A stretch of 51,335 bases of DNA from Promethearchaeota archaeon Loki_b31 (GTDB lineage Archaea > Asgardarchaeota > Lokiarchaeia > Sigyniarchaeales > SOKP01). The position numbers were made by a program, and so were the translations under genes. Positions within the stretch are counted from its first letter, which is position 1. Every line of letters starts with the position of its first letter. Below are positions 10,018 through 20,011 of this stretch, piece after piece. The DNA is taken from contig NJBI01000020.1 in the NCBI GenBank assembly GCA_005222975.1, positions 1-51,335 of the forward strand. Reading direction: 5' to 3'. The notes beneath the pieces are model-generated. The model ran no database searches and was not told the DNA's origin. It saw nothing but the letters and a program-made list of their open reading frames with translations.

Positions 10018-10980
10018 TTACATTGAATATTTTACGTATTCGGGATAATCTCCGAGTAACGGTGCGAAAAGTCTTTCGTACTCAACTGCCATACAATGAA
10101 TACCTGCCGCTTTAGTAGATTTCTTGATCTCTGCAATAAAAGGCTTGAAAAAGTCAATATTTATCTTGTCAATAGCTGCATATTTGCCAGGTTTATTTCC
10201 TTTATTGTCCTTTTCTGCTTTTTTAAGAGCTTTCAATAGATCTTTTGGAACGCTAACTCCAGGGATATAGTTATCAAAATACCAAGCTATTCCGTGACTT
10301 TTTAATGGAAAGAGCCCAAGAAGCACTGGAACATTGTATTGTTCTAGATCTTTTAGGAAGTCTTTTGCGTCGTCAATATCAAACGCTGTTTGAGTTTGGA
10401 TAAAATCAACACCACGATCTACCTTACGACCAACCTTTAGGATTTCGGGTTCGCGAGGGTTACTGTTAGGGTTAGCAACACAACCAAAATTCATTTCTAT
10501 TTTGCCTCCCTTTAACTCGTTTCCTTCGTAGTCAGTTCCCTCATCAATCATGATAGAAAGCATTTCACAGAACTGTGTGCTATCAATGTCATAAACTGCG
10601 CGAGCTTTTTTATGATCTCCAAGAGCTGTATGGTCTCCTGTGAGAGTTAGAATGTTCTTCAACCCCAAAACTGCACCAGCTACTACATCCCCAAAAAGCG
10701 CTACTCGATTTCGATCCCTAACTGTGACTTGCCATACTGCTTCAATTCCCGCTTCTTCTTGGATTTTATAGCTTGGAACTAATGATGCCATGTAGGCATC
10801 GCCTTGAGGACCATCCGTTACATTTGCTGCTACGATTCTTTTAGTCTTTTTCATCTCCTTTGCGGAATGGATAATCTCGCTAAGATCCAGGATTTTCTTT
10901 GGCTCTAGCTCACCAGTGAAAACAAAATGGCCCGCTTCGATCGCTTTGCATAATTGGCTATACGCCTTTCTTTTTGCCAT
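10018..10980 (-). CDS. metF: Methylenetetrahydrofolate reductase MetF (copy 2)
   Basis: TGELEP, NVTDGP, RDRNR, LTGDH, FIQTQ, GIHCMA; collinear with copy 1. Confidence 0.92.
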   Translation of the reverse strand: MAKRKAYSQLCKAIEAGHFVFTGELEPKKILDLSEIIHSAKEMKKTKRIVAANVTDGPQGDAYMASLVPSYKIQEEAGIEAVWQVTVRDRNRVALFGDVVAGAVLGLKNILTLTGDHTALGDHKKARAVYDIDSTQFCEMLSIMIDEGTDYEGNELKGGKIEMNFGCVANPNSNPREPEILKVGRKVDRGVDFIQTQTAFDIDDAKDFLKDLEQYNVPVLLGLFPLKSHGIAWYFDNYIPGVSVPKDLLKALKKAEKDNKGNKPGKYAAIDKINIDFFKPFIAEIKKSTKAAGIHCMAVEYERLFAPLLGDYPEYVKYSM

Positions 10981-11685
10981 TTAATTTTCCACCTCCTTTT
11001 TTTCTTCTTCGTTAGTGTATTCCTTATTGATAACTAAGTATCCAGGACTGGTAGACGTGCGAAAGTCCCTTGGAGGTCTGTATTTTTTAAAGAGATCGAG
11101 TCTATTAAATTCTTTTAACCTTGTCCAAATGCGTACCCACGCGCAAGGAAGCGTATAACCACCTACTTCACACATCCCATCTACCATTCCTCCACAGGGG
11201 CCGTTACTCAAATGTTTAGCACATCCCGCTCGGGGACATAATCCCCCAGTCTCTCCAATTATACAATCTCCGCACTCCTCACAGTATTCAATGAAATTAT
11301 TCTCACCACTGTCTTGTACGCCTCCAAACATGCTATCTTGGGCGGGGAAAGTTAACTTACTGGGAAGCACTTTATTTAGCATTACGACACCAAGCCCACA
11401 AGCAAGAGAAACTATAACTTCGTAGTCGTCGATGTAAGGTCGCACTGTTGTTGCTGCGATTCTATCGTCGCACTGTCTTAATACCGTTATTGCTTTCCAT
11501 TTTAACTCTTTACCTTCAGTTCGGGCTTTTAATTCTAAAAGTTGTCCAAGAACTTTTGCCTCGTTTACGGATCGTGGTGGTTGACAGCAACCATCACATC
11601 CAGCTATTAATATCTTGTTATAGCTCTTAACCATTTCATAAATTTCGTTTATGTCTTTTTGTTGTGTAATTATCATATCATACAC
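10981..11685 (-). CDS. metV: MTHFR small subunit MetV (copy 2)
   Basis: MIITQQK, GCDGC, RQCD, ACGLG, CEECGDC..GGLCP..CAK.LSNGPCGG. Confidence 0.9.
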   Translation of the reverse strand: MYDMIITQQKDINEIYEMVKSYNKILIAGCDGCCQPPRSVNEAKVLGQLLELKARTEGKELKWKAITVLRQCDDRIAATTVRPYIDDYEVIVSLACGLGVVMLNKVLPSKLTFPAQDSMFGGVQDSGENNFIEYCEECGDCIIGETGGLCPRAGCAKHLSNGPCGGMVDGMCEVGGYTLPCAWVRIWTRLKEFNRLDLFKKYRPPRDFRTSTSPGYLVINKEYTNEEEKKEVEN

Positions 11686-11757
11686 GCTTTTTATTCTTGT
11701 TTTTTCAGATTTTATTAGAGTTTTATTATTTAGTTTAAATTGTAAAAAAAAATTTCA

Positions 11758-12642
11758 TTATATTTTTAATTTTTCCATTAATTTCGTTGGTTTTACGCTT
11801 CGTTGTTTTAAAGCTAGCTTTGTTGTATCGACTCCCAAAGCAATTGCCATTAATTCTGCTAGATATAGAACTGGAATATCAAGTTCTTTCTCACTTTTTC
11901 TGGAGATCAATTTTTCTTTTCTATCATATTGGCTAGCACAAGCGGGACAAACGGCAACCATTCCATCTACTTGTTTGTCGAGATTTTTTAAGTCTGTCAT
12001 TTTTTCTTCGACTAAATTCATTCCTATTTCGTCTTGTAATCTAGCGCAGTACCCACAGCATTCGAGTTTAGCTGCAAATTCTACGGGCGAAGCTCCTATA
12101 GCTTTTAGTATTTTATCCATGCTCTCAGGCCGTTCGGGATGATCAAATTGCATTATTTTTGAAGGTCTTATAAGATGACAACCATAATGCGAAGCAATAT
12201 TTAAACTATCTAACGGTTTAACAACTTTGCTTTTAATCTTTTCAAGCATCTCATCTTGGCTAAACAATTCCGCAAAATGAAGAACTTTTGAAGTCCCTTT
12301 ATATTCGATGCCAAGCTTGCCTAGAATGGCATTAACTCTATCAAATGCTGCCTTATCTTCTTCTAATAAAACATGGACCGTTTTTAAGGTCTCATAACAT
12401 CCAGAACACACAGTCATGATGTCTAATCCAAGTTTTTCGGCAATTGATAGATTTCTCGCTCCTAATGTTAACCAAGTATCAATATTGAGCGATTGAGTTG
12501 CTACAGGATCGGGACAACATCCCGCTCCCTCCATCTCCTTATACTTTATTCCTAAGATTTTAGAAATTTCTCGAAAGGCTTTTTCAAAATGTGGCATTTT
12601 CAAAGGGATTGTACACCCTAAATACAACGCATATTCCATCAT
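11758..12642 (-). CDS. hdrB: Heterodisulfide reductase subunit B
   Basis: Two CCG domains: YLGC..GCCPDP..CSGC and HYGCH..CCG..CPAC. Confidence 0.93.
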   Translation of the reverse strand: MMEYALYLGCTIPLKMPHFEKAFREISKILGIKYKEMEGAGCCPDPVATQSLNIDTWLTLGARNLSIAEKLGLDIMTVCSGCYETLKTVHVLLEEDKAAFDRVNAILGKLGIEYKGTSKVLHFAELFSQDEMLEKIKSKVVKPLDSLNIASHYGCHLIRPSKIMQFDHPERPESMDKILKAIGASPVEFAAKLECCGYCARLQDEIGMNLVEEKMTDLKNLDKQVDGMVAVCPACASQYDRKEKLISRKSEKELDIPVLYLAELMAIALGVDTTKLALKQRSVKPTKLMEKLKI

Positions 12643-13175
12643 TTTTCATCATCCTCTTCTTTTTTTATTAAATTCCCTAGTCCGGTCTCTTTTATTATGA
12701 ATTGAATCTCATCTAAGTTAGGACCTACGATATTTGGTAAGTCCATTTTGTTTCTTCTTCTGTCTATAGTAGTTTTCATACCACCTGTATATGGTATTAC
12801 AAAACCATTATTATAAATCGTATTTATCGTAACAGAATATTCTATCGGCACATTTCCTTCTTTCACTGCCATGTTTCTTAGAAGTGCTAAGATAAACGAA
12901 TAATCTACATTCTTTGGACATCTTTCTGTGCACCGATGGCATAGCGAGCATGTCCATATAGCGTTGCTCGATAAAACTTCTTCTCTCAATCCTAGAAGGC
13001 ATGAAGCAACAACTCTATGAGGTTGTAAATCGACATATTCCGTTACTGTGCAACCAGAGCTACATACTCCGCATTGAATACACTTTAATAAAGATTTTGC
13101 CCCCACTTTTTCGCTAATTTCGTACCTAAAATTGTTATCTAAATTTTTAGCTTGTTTTACAACTTTATCAGACAT
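12639..13175 (-). CDS. hdrC: Heterodisulfide reductase subunit C
   Basis: CIQCGVCSSGC and WTCSLCHRCTERCP; ATGA overlap with hdrB. Confidence 0.93.
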   Translation of the reverse strand: MSDKVVKQAKNLDNNFRYEISEKVGAKSLLKCIQCGVCSSGCTVTEYVDLQPHRVVASCLLGLREEVLSSNAIWTCSLCHRCTERCPKNVDYSFILALLRNMAVKEGNVPIEYSVTINTIYNNGFVIPYTGGMKTTIDRRRNKMDLPNIVGPNLDEIQFIIKETGLGNLIKKEEDDEK

Positions 13176-13178
13176 TTT

Positions 13179-16100
13179 TTAAGCACCCTCCTTAGCTTTT
13201 TCTTTTTTTTTTATTTTGTCGCCTGTTTTACTTAGTGGTCCAAGTTCTTTTACTTTATTAACGAATTCGGTAATAACTTGAGAGAAACGTTTACCTTCGC
13301 TAGCTGATATCCATTCAAGTCGGTAACGTTCGGGATTGATTCCTACGCTTTCTAAAGTTTCTTGAATCTCGTTGTAACGCCTTAACATATCATAGTTGCC
13401 TTCTATATAGTGACAATCTCCAATGTGGCATCCACCAATAAGTACTCCGTCGGCACCTTCCAAAAATGCTTGTAATATGAAACTTTTCGGAATTCTTCCA
13501 GTACACATAACTCTAATAGGCCTAATATTAGGAGGGTATTGAAATCTACTTACACCACAAGTATCTGCTCCCGCATAGCTACACCAATTGCATAAGAAAG
13601 CTACAATCCTAGGTCTTTCGTCTATAAAATCTCCTTTGACTGCTTCTGTAATCATTGGGTATATTTGATCGTCGGCAAAATGTTGCATAGTAATTGCCCC
13701 TGCAGGACACGCTGCCGAACAATCTCCACACCCTTTACACAATAAAGGGTTAGACTCTGAAACCAATACTTCGTTATCGAAATTGACTCCAATAGCTCCG
13801 AAGTTACATACATCCTCGCATTTTTGACAGGCAATACATAATGCCGGGTTAACAATTGAAACCAGTGGTTCGTTTTCTACCTCTCCAGAGATCAACGGGA
13901 TTAGCGCGTGAGTAGCAGCAGCTCTTCCTTGAGATATTGAATCAGCAATACCTTTTGGTCCGTGAGCAGTCCCAGCTAAATAAATTCCATCAGTCGCAAA
14001 ATCGACGGGTCTTAATTTTATGTGAGCTTCTAAAAAGAAGCCTTTTTGGTCTCTGGCGCACTTTATGAATTCTCCAAGTTTTTTAGTATCATAAGGTACT
14101 AAAGGCGTTGACAGGACTACCTTGTCGGCTTCGATGTTAAGAGTTATTTGAGTTAAAATATCGTTAACCTTGACATTAATTTTTCCATTAACGAGATCAA
14201 CTTCGGGGTAATCGTTAAATCGAATGTAGTTGATTTTTTCACGTGCTTTCCAATAATATTGTTCTTCATCAGTTCCTACGCGTATATCTCTATAGAGAAC
14301 GTAAATTTGCGAATTAGGGTAATTTTCTTTTACGTATAAAGCGTGGCTTATAGATTCAGAGCAACATATTAGGGAACAGTATGTAACTCCATTACCTCCC
14401 TCAGGTTGTCGCGAAGCAACGCAGTGAATAAAGACGAAAGTCTCGCCATCCTTTAGTTCATCGTCTCTTAACTTTTGAGATAGTTCTAGTTGAGTCATTA
14501 TTCTCTCGTCTTCCCCGTAATGGTACCAATCTTTTGGTTTATATTCGTAAGCGCCAGTAGCAGCGATTATAACTCCAACATTTAAATCTGTGCTTTTCTC
14601 ATCAGTTAAATTTTTAACTTTGATGTTAAAATCTCCTATTGAACCCTTAACATCTGCAACTTCGGAATTTAAGTAAGCCGTGATATTTTTTAACCCGTTA
14701 AATTCTTTAAGTTTCTCTTCTAAAAACTGTTTTGATTCAATTCTATCGAAATTAATCTTATAAATAAGGTTTAATTGCCCACCTAATTTGTCGTCTTTCT
14801 CTATAAGGTGTACTTTGAAGCCTTTTTTGGCAATTTCCATAGCAGCAGACATTCCAGCGATACCTCCACCGATTACTAATGCCTCTGGGACAACATTTCC
14901 CTTTATTCTAATTTCTGATTTTTGAAATCGTACACGCGCTACACCCATTCTTATTAGATCTTTTGCTTTATCTGTTGCCTTTTCATATTCCTTCATATGA
15001 ACCCAAGAATCTAATTCCCGAATACTTACGAAATTAAATAAATATTCGTTTAGTCCTGCTTCTCGAATAGTTTTTTGAAACAATGGTTCGTGAGTTCTTG
15101 GTGTGCACGCAGCAACTATTACCCGGTTTAAGTCTAATTCCACAATTTTTTCCTTAATAATGTCTTGTGTGAGACTTGAACAACTATATTTATTGTCCAT
15201 CGAGAAAACTACATTTGGAAGCGTTTTGGAATACTCAACAAGCGCCGGAATATCCATATATCCCCCTATATTAACTCCACACTTACAAACAAATACTCCT
15301 ATTCTTGGTTCGTCTCTGGGATTTACTACTTTTAAGGGAGGCAAAATAACCTCTAATTCTTCAGGACTTAAAGGAACGGCATGTAAAGCCGCTAACGCCG
15401 CTGCTCCTCCAGCTTTTGCTACCGAATTAGCTATGTCGTCAGGGGATTGACAAGAACCGGTTACAAAAATCCCATCCCGAGTAGACCGTAGATCTTCGGT
15501 CGAATTTTTTGTTTTAAAAAACCCTAATTCGTTTGTTTCAATATTCAACATTTCGGCAAGCTTTTCGGTTCCCTTACGGGGGATAACTGCGTTAGCCAAC
15601 ACAACTAAATCGAATTCGCTTGTTTCGACCTCTCCCGTATCTAGGTTCGCGTGTTTTACAAAAAGGTTATGATTCTCGGGATTTTCTCGAATATCACCGG
15701 GAATGCCGCGATAATAAATTAATTTGTATTCATCTTTTGCTCTTTCAATGAATTCTTCTTGATTTTTTCCGATTACACGAGTATCGTTGAAAAATATCGT
15801 CACATTTGTGTCTGGAGCGTGTTCTCGAACGACCACCCCTTCTTTGGCCATATACATGCAACAGAATTTCGAACAATAAGCACATAAATCCTCATTTCGA
15901 GAACCAACGCACCCAATAAAACCAATTTCGTGGGCATGTTTTTTATCAGAGGGTCTAAGCAATTGTCCTTCAGTAGGACCAGATGCGCTTAATAAACGTT
16001 CATATTGCATTGCTGTAATAACATTAGGATACTCTCCGTAATGATATCTATCTATTGGTGTTGGATCTAATAGGTCTATTCCTGTAGCAACAATAATTGA

Positions 16101-16664
16101 TGCCACATTATACTCAACTACTTCGTCTTTCATATCCCAAGTAATAGCTTCAGCTTCACACTCTTTTTCGCATAATTGGCACGCATCTTTCGTTAGATAT
16201 AGACAATTTTCAGCATCAATGATTGCCTTTCTTGGTACGGCTTGTGGAAAAGGGATATATATTGCTGTGCGGTTTCCCATTGCTTCTTCGAACTCGCTCG
16301 AAATCTTTTTCATGGGGCACTTTTCCATACAAGCGCCGCAACCTGTACATTTATCCCAATCAACATATCGTGCTTTCTTAACGACCTTTACTTTAAAATT
16401 ACCTGCTTCGCCAGATACTTCTTGAACTTCCGAATACATGAGAAGTTCTACATTAGGATGTCTAGCTACTTCCACCATTTTTGGTGCTAAAATACAAATC
16501 GAACAATCTAAGGTTGGAAATGTTTTATCAAGTTGAGCCATACGTCCACCGACCGAGGATGTTTTTTCAACTAGAATTACTTTATAACCTTGCTCACCCA
16601 AAGTAAGGCTGGCTTCAATTCCCGAAATTCCTGCTCCTATTACCATTACATTACTATTTGGCAT
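13179..16664 (-). CDS. hdrA: Heterodisulfide reductase subunit A (two HdrA-type FAD modules) fused to C-terminal MvhD
   Basis: GAGISG..DKTFPTLDCSICIL, CVGSR..CSKFCC; second module ACTPRTHE, GGGIAG, CVASR..CSLICC, FFLEAHIKLRP; ferredoxin motifs; MvhD motifs CNWCSYAGAD, MCTGR, GCHIGDCHY, WISASEG. Confidence 0.95.
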   Translation of the reverse strand: MPNSNVMVIGAGISGIEASLTLGEQGYKVILVEKTSSVGGRMAQLDKTFPTLDCSICILAPKMVEVARHPNVELLMYSEVQEVSGEAGNFKVKVVKKARYVDWDKCTGCGACMEKCPMKKISSEFEEAMGNRTAIYIPFPQAVPRKAIIDAENCLYLTKDACQLCEKECEAEAITWDMKDEVVEYNVASIIVATGIDLLDPTPIDRYHYGEYPNVITAMQYERLLSASGPTEGQLLRPSDKKHAHEIGFIGCVGSRNEDLCAYCSKFCCMYMAKEGVVVREHAPDTNVTIFFNDTRVIGKNQEEFIERAKDEYKLIYYRGIPGDIRENPENHNLFVKHANLDTGEVETSEFDLVVLANAVIPRKGTEKLAEMLNIETNELGFFKTKNSTEDLRSTRDGIFVTGSCQSPDDIANSVAKAGGAAALAALHAVPLSPEELEVILPPLKVVNPRDEPRIGVFVCKCGVNIGGYMDIPALVEYSKTLPNVVFSMDNKYSCSSLTQDIIKEKIVELDLNRVIVAACTPRTHEPLFQKTIREAGLNEYLFNFVSIRELDSWVHMKEYEKATDKAKDLIRMGVARVRFQKSEIRIKGNVVPEALVIGGGIAGMSAAMEIAKKGFKVHLIEKDDKLGGQLNLIYKINFDRIESKQFLEEKLKEFNGLKNITAYLNSEVADVKGSIGDFNIKVKNLTDEKSTDLNVGVIIAATGAYEYKPKDWYHYGEDERIMTQLELSQKLRDDELKDGETFVFIHCVASRQPEGGNGVTYCSLICCSESISHALYVKENYPNSQIYVLYRDIRVGTDEEQYYWKAREKINYIRFNDYPEVDLVNGKINVKVNDILTQITLNIEADKVVLSTPLVPYDTKKLGEFIKCARDQKGFFLEAHIKLRPVDFATDGIYLAGTAHGPKGIADSISQGRAAATHALIPLISGEVENEPLVSIVNPALCIACQKCEDVCNFGAIGVNFDNEVLVSESNPLLCKGCGDCSAACPAGAITMQHFADDQIYPMITEAVKGDFIDERPRIVAFLCNWCSYAGADTCGVSRFQYPPNIRPIRVMCTGRIPKSFILQAFLEGADGVLIGGCHIGDCHYIEGNYDMLRRYNEIQETLESVGINPERYRLEWISASEGKRFSQVITEFVNKVKELGPLSKTGDKIKKKEKAKEGA

Positions 16665-17219
16665 AATTTTTTCTTCAGTTTTTGATTATTTTTTTAATAT
16701 TTTTTTATTAATTTTCGTTGCTTATCTAAAATTAATTGTCCTTTTTGAAAATAATTGTTTAATTGAAAAAGTTATGTTTTAATAATTTACTTAATAGGTT
16801 AAGAATATATATAAATATTACTCTGTTTGACGAAAATGACAAGTTTTGTGTTGAAGATTTACAAAAAAAAAGCTTTATTGATCAAAATTATGACCAATTT
16901 TTTCTTATTTTAATACATTTTTGCACAATAAATGTCAATTTGGCAATAGAGCACTTCTTCTCTATTAAAATTAATGACATTTTCGTTAATTTTTCAAATA
17001 TTAAGATTTTAAATAGTTAAGTAGTTAAAAAACAAATATATTGCAACTAACTGAATTGACTTATTAAAAAGTAATAAATAGGTTTTAAAAAAATAAAAAG
17101 ATCGATTTAATTTTTTCTAGAAGAATAAGCTCATATTATATGGATATTAATCAATATAATAATATAAAACAAGTTAATAATCAAATAATAACAATGTAAT
17201 CAAAAAAAAGTCCGACAAA

Positions 17220-17900
17220 ATGAAGATCGTTGTATCTGGCCCTCTCCAGTGCGGAAAGTCAAGTTTTATCAAATTTTTAGACGAAAAAGCTTTGAATGTC
17301 GAAGCAAAAGCTAGGGATAATAAATTTTATACAGTTGGAATGGACTTAGGCATTGTTAGATTAAATGGATTTGATGTCTTTTTATTTGGAACTCCTGGTT
17401 TATTAAGATTCAAAGTTATGAGAGATGTAATCATTCAAGGGTGTGATGGGGTTATTTTCATTTTTGATGCTGCTCATCCTGAAAAAGACGAAGATGCATT
17501 AATCATATTAAATACCCTTAGAAAAATAATAGGGGTTGATACGCCAATAGTTTATTTAGCAAACAAGCAAGATATTGCTGGTGCGAGACACGCTGAGGTG
17601 GTAAGATCACAGAATTACTTACGCGACGACGCTGTAATTTTTTCGACAAGCACAAGGACAGGAGAAAATTTAAAAGAATCTGTAAAATATCTTGTAAATC
17701 TGATATACGATAATTATTCTGCACTCCTCACAGTGCTTCGTTCATATGAAACAGATATTGAAGGATTGGCTGAAAAGTTAGAAAAAAATCCTGTTGAAAT
17801 GAGAGATTTGTTAAACACCCTTGAAATAAAGAGATTTATTGAAGTTGATAGGCTCAAAAGAACTTACAAAGTAAAACAAGGGTTAAAACTCTTGTTATAA
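17220..17900 (+). CDS. MglA-like small GTPase with a C-terminal wHTH-like extension
   Basis: G1 GPLQCGKSS, TVGMDLG, LFGTPG, NKQD; about 60-aa tail resembling a winged helix. Confidence 0.85.
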   Translation: MKIVVSGPLQCGKSSFIKFLDEKALNVEAKARDNKFYTVGMDLGIVRLNGFDVFLFGTPGLLRFKVMRDVIIQGCDGVIFIFDAAHPEKDEDALIILNTLRKIIGVDTPIVYLANKQDIAGARHAEVVRSQNYLRDDAVIFSTSTRTGENLKESVKYLVNLIYDNYSALLTVLRSYETDIEGLAEKLEKNPVEMRDLLNTLEIKRFIEVDRLKRTYKVKQGLKLLL

Positions 17901-17956
17901 AGTTTGAATTTTATTTTTCTATCCATATAATCTGTTTTTTGATAATTAATTTACTT

Positions 17957-19849
17957 TTACGACAAATCAGAGGGCAAGATATCATCTTTACCGTATTTTT
18001 TCAATAATTTATTTATTTCTGATCTTTGTTTAACATGAACTTCCCAGAAAAATTTTGGTATATCTTTTTCTGCCTTATACATTTCTTCCATGCGATCCAA
18101 CTTATCAAGCAATTTTTTGATTTTTAACTTAAATTGTTCTGTGTAATCTTCTTGAGAATAATTTTTATCTAATTCTAATTTAAACAATGCTTTCAGATCG
18201 TCATATTTCGGAAGATATCCAATCGGTGTTTCAATCGCGTCGAAGTCTCCTTGAGTACGGCCTTCCGCCCAAATAACCCATACTTTCTTATCCAATATTC
18301 CATTTAAATATTTGCCTTCTTTGCTTTTAAGAAAGTAATTAGTAGAGAATACTTGAGGACAATGTTTTAATTTCTTGCCAAATTTTTGGTGATTTTTTAA
18401 GTATTTTCCCAATGGCACAACTAGAAAATCTAAATTTGCCATTGGACTAGCTTTTCTAACACCTACCGCACCAAGAGTGGCTGATGTTGTTTCAGATTCG
18501 ATAGTAGCCCCTAAGAAGATTCCATGCTCCCAACTTAGACTTTCAACGACAGGAGGCATAGTATCTGAATCTCTACCGCCATAAAAAATTCCATGGATTG
18601 GTACGCCATTAGGATCCTCTAATTTGGGATCGCAATTAGATAGGTCGGTAAGATTTATTGTGTACCTGGCATTTGGATGGGCGTGAAGGATATTATTCCC
18701 ATTTTCGTCAGTTTTCCCTTCAAACCAATTACCAGAATAATTAAAGCCCTCTTTAGGGTGATCCTTACCCATCCCGAGCCAATATGACTTTCCGTCCTTT
18801 ATGAGAACATTAGAATAAATTAATTCTCTTGGCGTTATAAGCGCTTCGTAAATTACGGGATCGTCTTTAGGATTTACATCTTTTATAATTCCAAATATTC
18901 CTTTTTCTATGTTAACGACGTGAGCAAATCCGTCCTTCCAAGCGCGTAAATAGGCAATATCATCTCCTACAATTAGCTGTCCCGGAAGCATAGCCGTTGA
19001 CGTTTTTCCGGAAGCACTTGGATAAGCTCCTGTAAAATAAGTTGTTCGATTTTTTCCTGTAGGACGAACCCCCAATATAAAATAATGTTCTGTGAGCCAA
19101 TCTTCATTATTTGCCTTATTTATTGCTAATCGTAGAGCTAGTTTCTTTAATCCTAGAGAGTTGCCAGCGTATTGATTGTTTACGGACAAAACCCGATTTT
19201 CTTGTAAATCTACATATATGCGACGATTATTGATATTTTTAGTAACTGGAGGATCTCCATCGAGTTCACCGGCAGAATGGATGAAGTAAAAGAAATCATC
19301 AGAACCATTAAGGTCTTTGAATTCCTCGTAGCCGACACGATACAAAAGGTCTTCTGAATGTGCGACATAAAACGAATCAGTAAGTTGTAGAGCTCCGATT
19401 GTAAATTTAGAATTTATTGGACCAAGGCAGAAAAATCTTACAAGACATTCTTTTCCTTTCATACATCCATCCATAATTTCTAATATTTCTTTGAGTCCTT
19501 CATCCCTATCCATTGTATTTATCCAGGGGCTTCTATATTCGTCTTTAGGAATTAGCACTTTAGTGTTTTCTTTATCTCTTGCTTGATCGTAAAAGCTATC
19601 GTAATGAATCGTATGTCCATTTATCTGAAGTTTAGTTTCTTCGTTGATGACGATGGCTTTTTGTCTCACATATTCGATATCTTCTTTAGAATCACAAATT
19701 ACTGTAACCTTACTAGGTTTACATAAGTCAACAAATTGTTTTATAATCTTTAACACGTGTTCATTCTTCAAATTAAACAATTTTTCGATATCATCTTGAG
19801 ATATTAAATTTCTGTCCACAAAATTCACAAAATCTTTTGTAATGTCCAT
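17957..19849 (-). CDS. pckG: Phosphoenolpyruvate carboxykinase (GTP)
   Basis: YAGNSLGLKKLALR, WLTEH, GAYPSASGKT, VGDDIA, HPNARY, YGGRDS. Confidence 0.95.
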   Translation of the reverse strand: MDITKDFVNFVDRNLISQDDIEKLFNLKNEHVLKIIKQFVDLCKPSKVTVICDSKEDIEYVRQKAIVINEETKLQINGHTIHYDSFYDQARDKENTKVLIPKDEYRSPWINTMDRDEGLKEILEIMDGCMKGKECLVRFFCLGPINSKFTIGALQLTDSFYVAHSEDLLYRVGYEEFKDLNGSDDFFYFIHSAGELDGDPPVTKNINNRRIYVDLQENRVLSVNNQYAGNSLGLKKLALRLAINKANNEDWLTEHYFILGVRPTGKNRTTYFTGAYPSASGKTSTAMLPGQLIVGDDIAYLRAWKDGFAHVVNIEKGIFGIIKDVNPKDDPVIYEALITPRELIYSNVLIKDGKSYWLGMGKDHPKEGFNYSGNWFEGKTDENGNNILHAHPNARYTINLTDLSNCDPKLEDPNGVPIHGIFYGGRDSDTMPPVVESLSWEHGIFLGATIESETTSATLGAVGVRKASPMANLDFLVVPLGKYLKNHQKFGKKLKHCPQVFSTNYFLKSKEGKYLNGILDKKVWVIWAEGRTQGDFDAIETPIGYLPKYDDLKALFKLELDKNYSQEDYTEQFKLKIKKLLDKLDRMEEMYKAEKDIPKFFWEVHVKQRSEINKLLKKYGKDDILPSDLS

Positions 19850-20011
19850 CTTAATTCAATTTAATAAATATTTTTAGTTTATTAATAAAAAAGTGAAATT
19901 TTTATTAAAAATCTTTTTGAAGTTAGTGAAAAATTGAAAAATTTTTAAATAATATCCTAAAATTAACGAAAAGAAGAAAAAAATTAAGAAAAAAATAAAG
20001 TAATTTACATT

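Noticed and set aside
13179-16664. Selenocysteine in HdrA or MvhD (known Sec families in Lokiarchaeia)
   Set aside because: The ORF is continuous and the relevant motifs (CVGSR, CNWC, GCHIGDC) all use Cys codons.
16763-17020. 85-aa ORF in the hdrA-GTPase spacer
   Set aside because: AT-rich, no motif, lies in a divergent promoter region; likely spurious.
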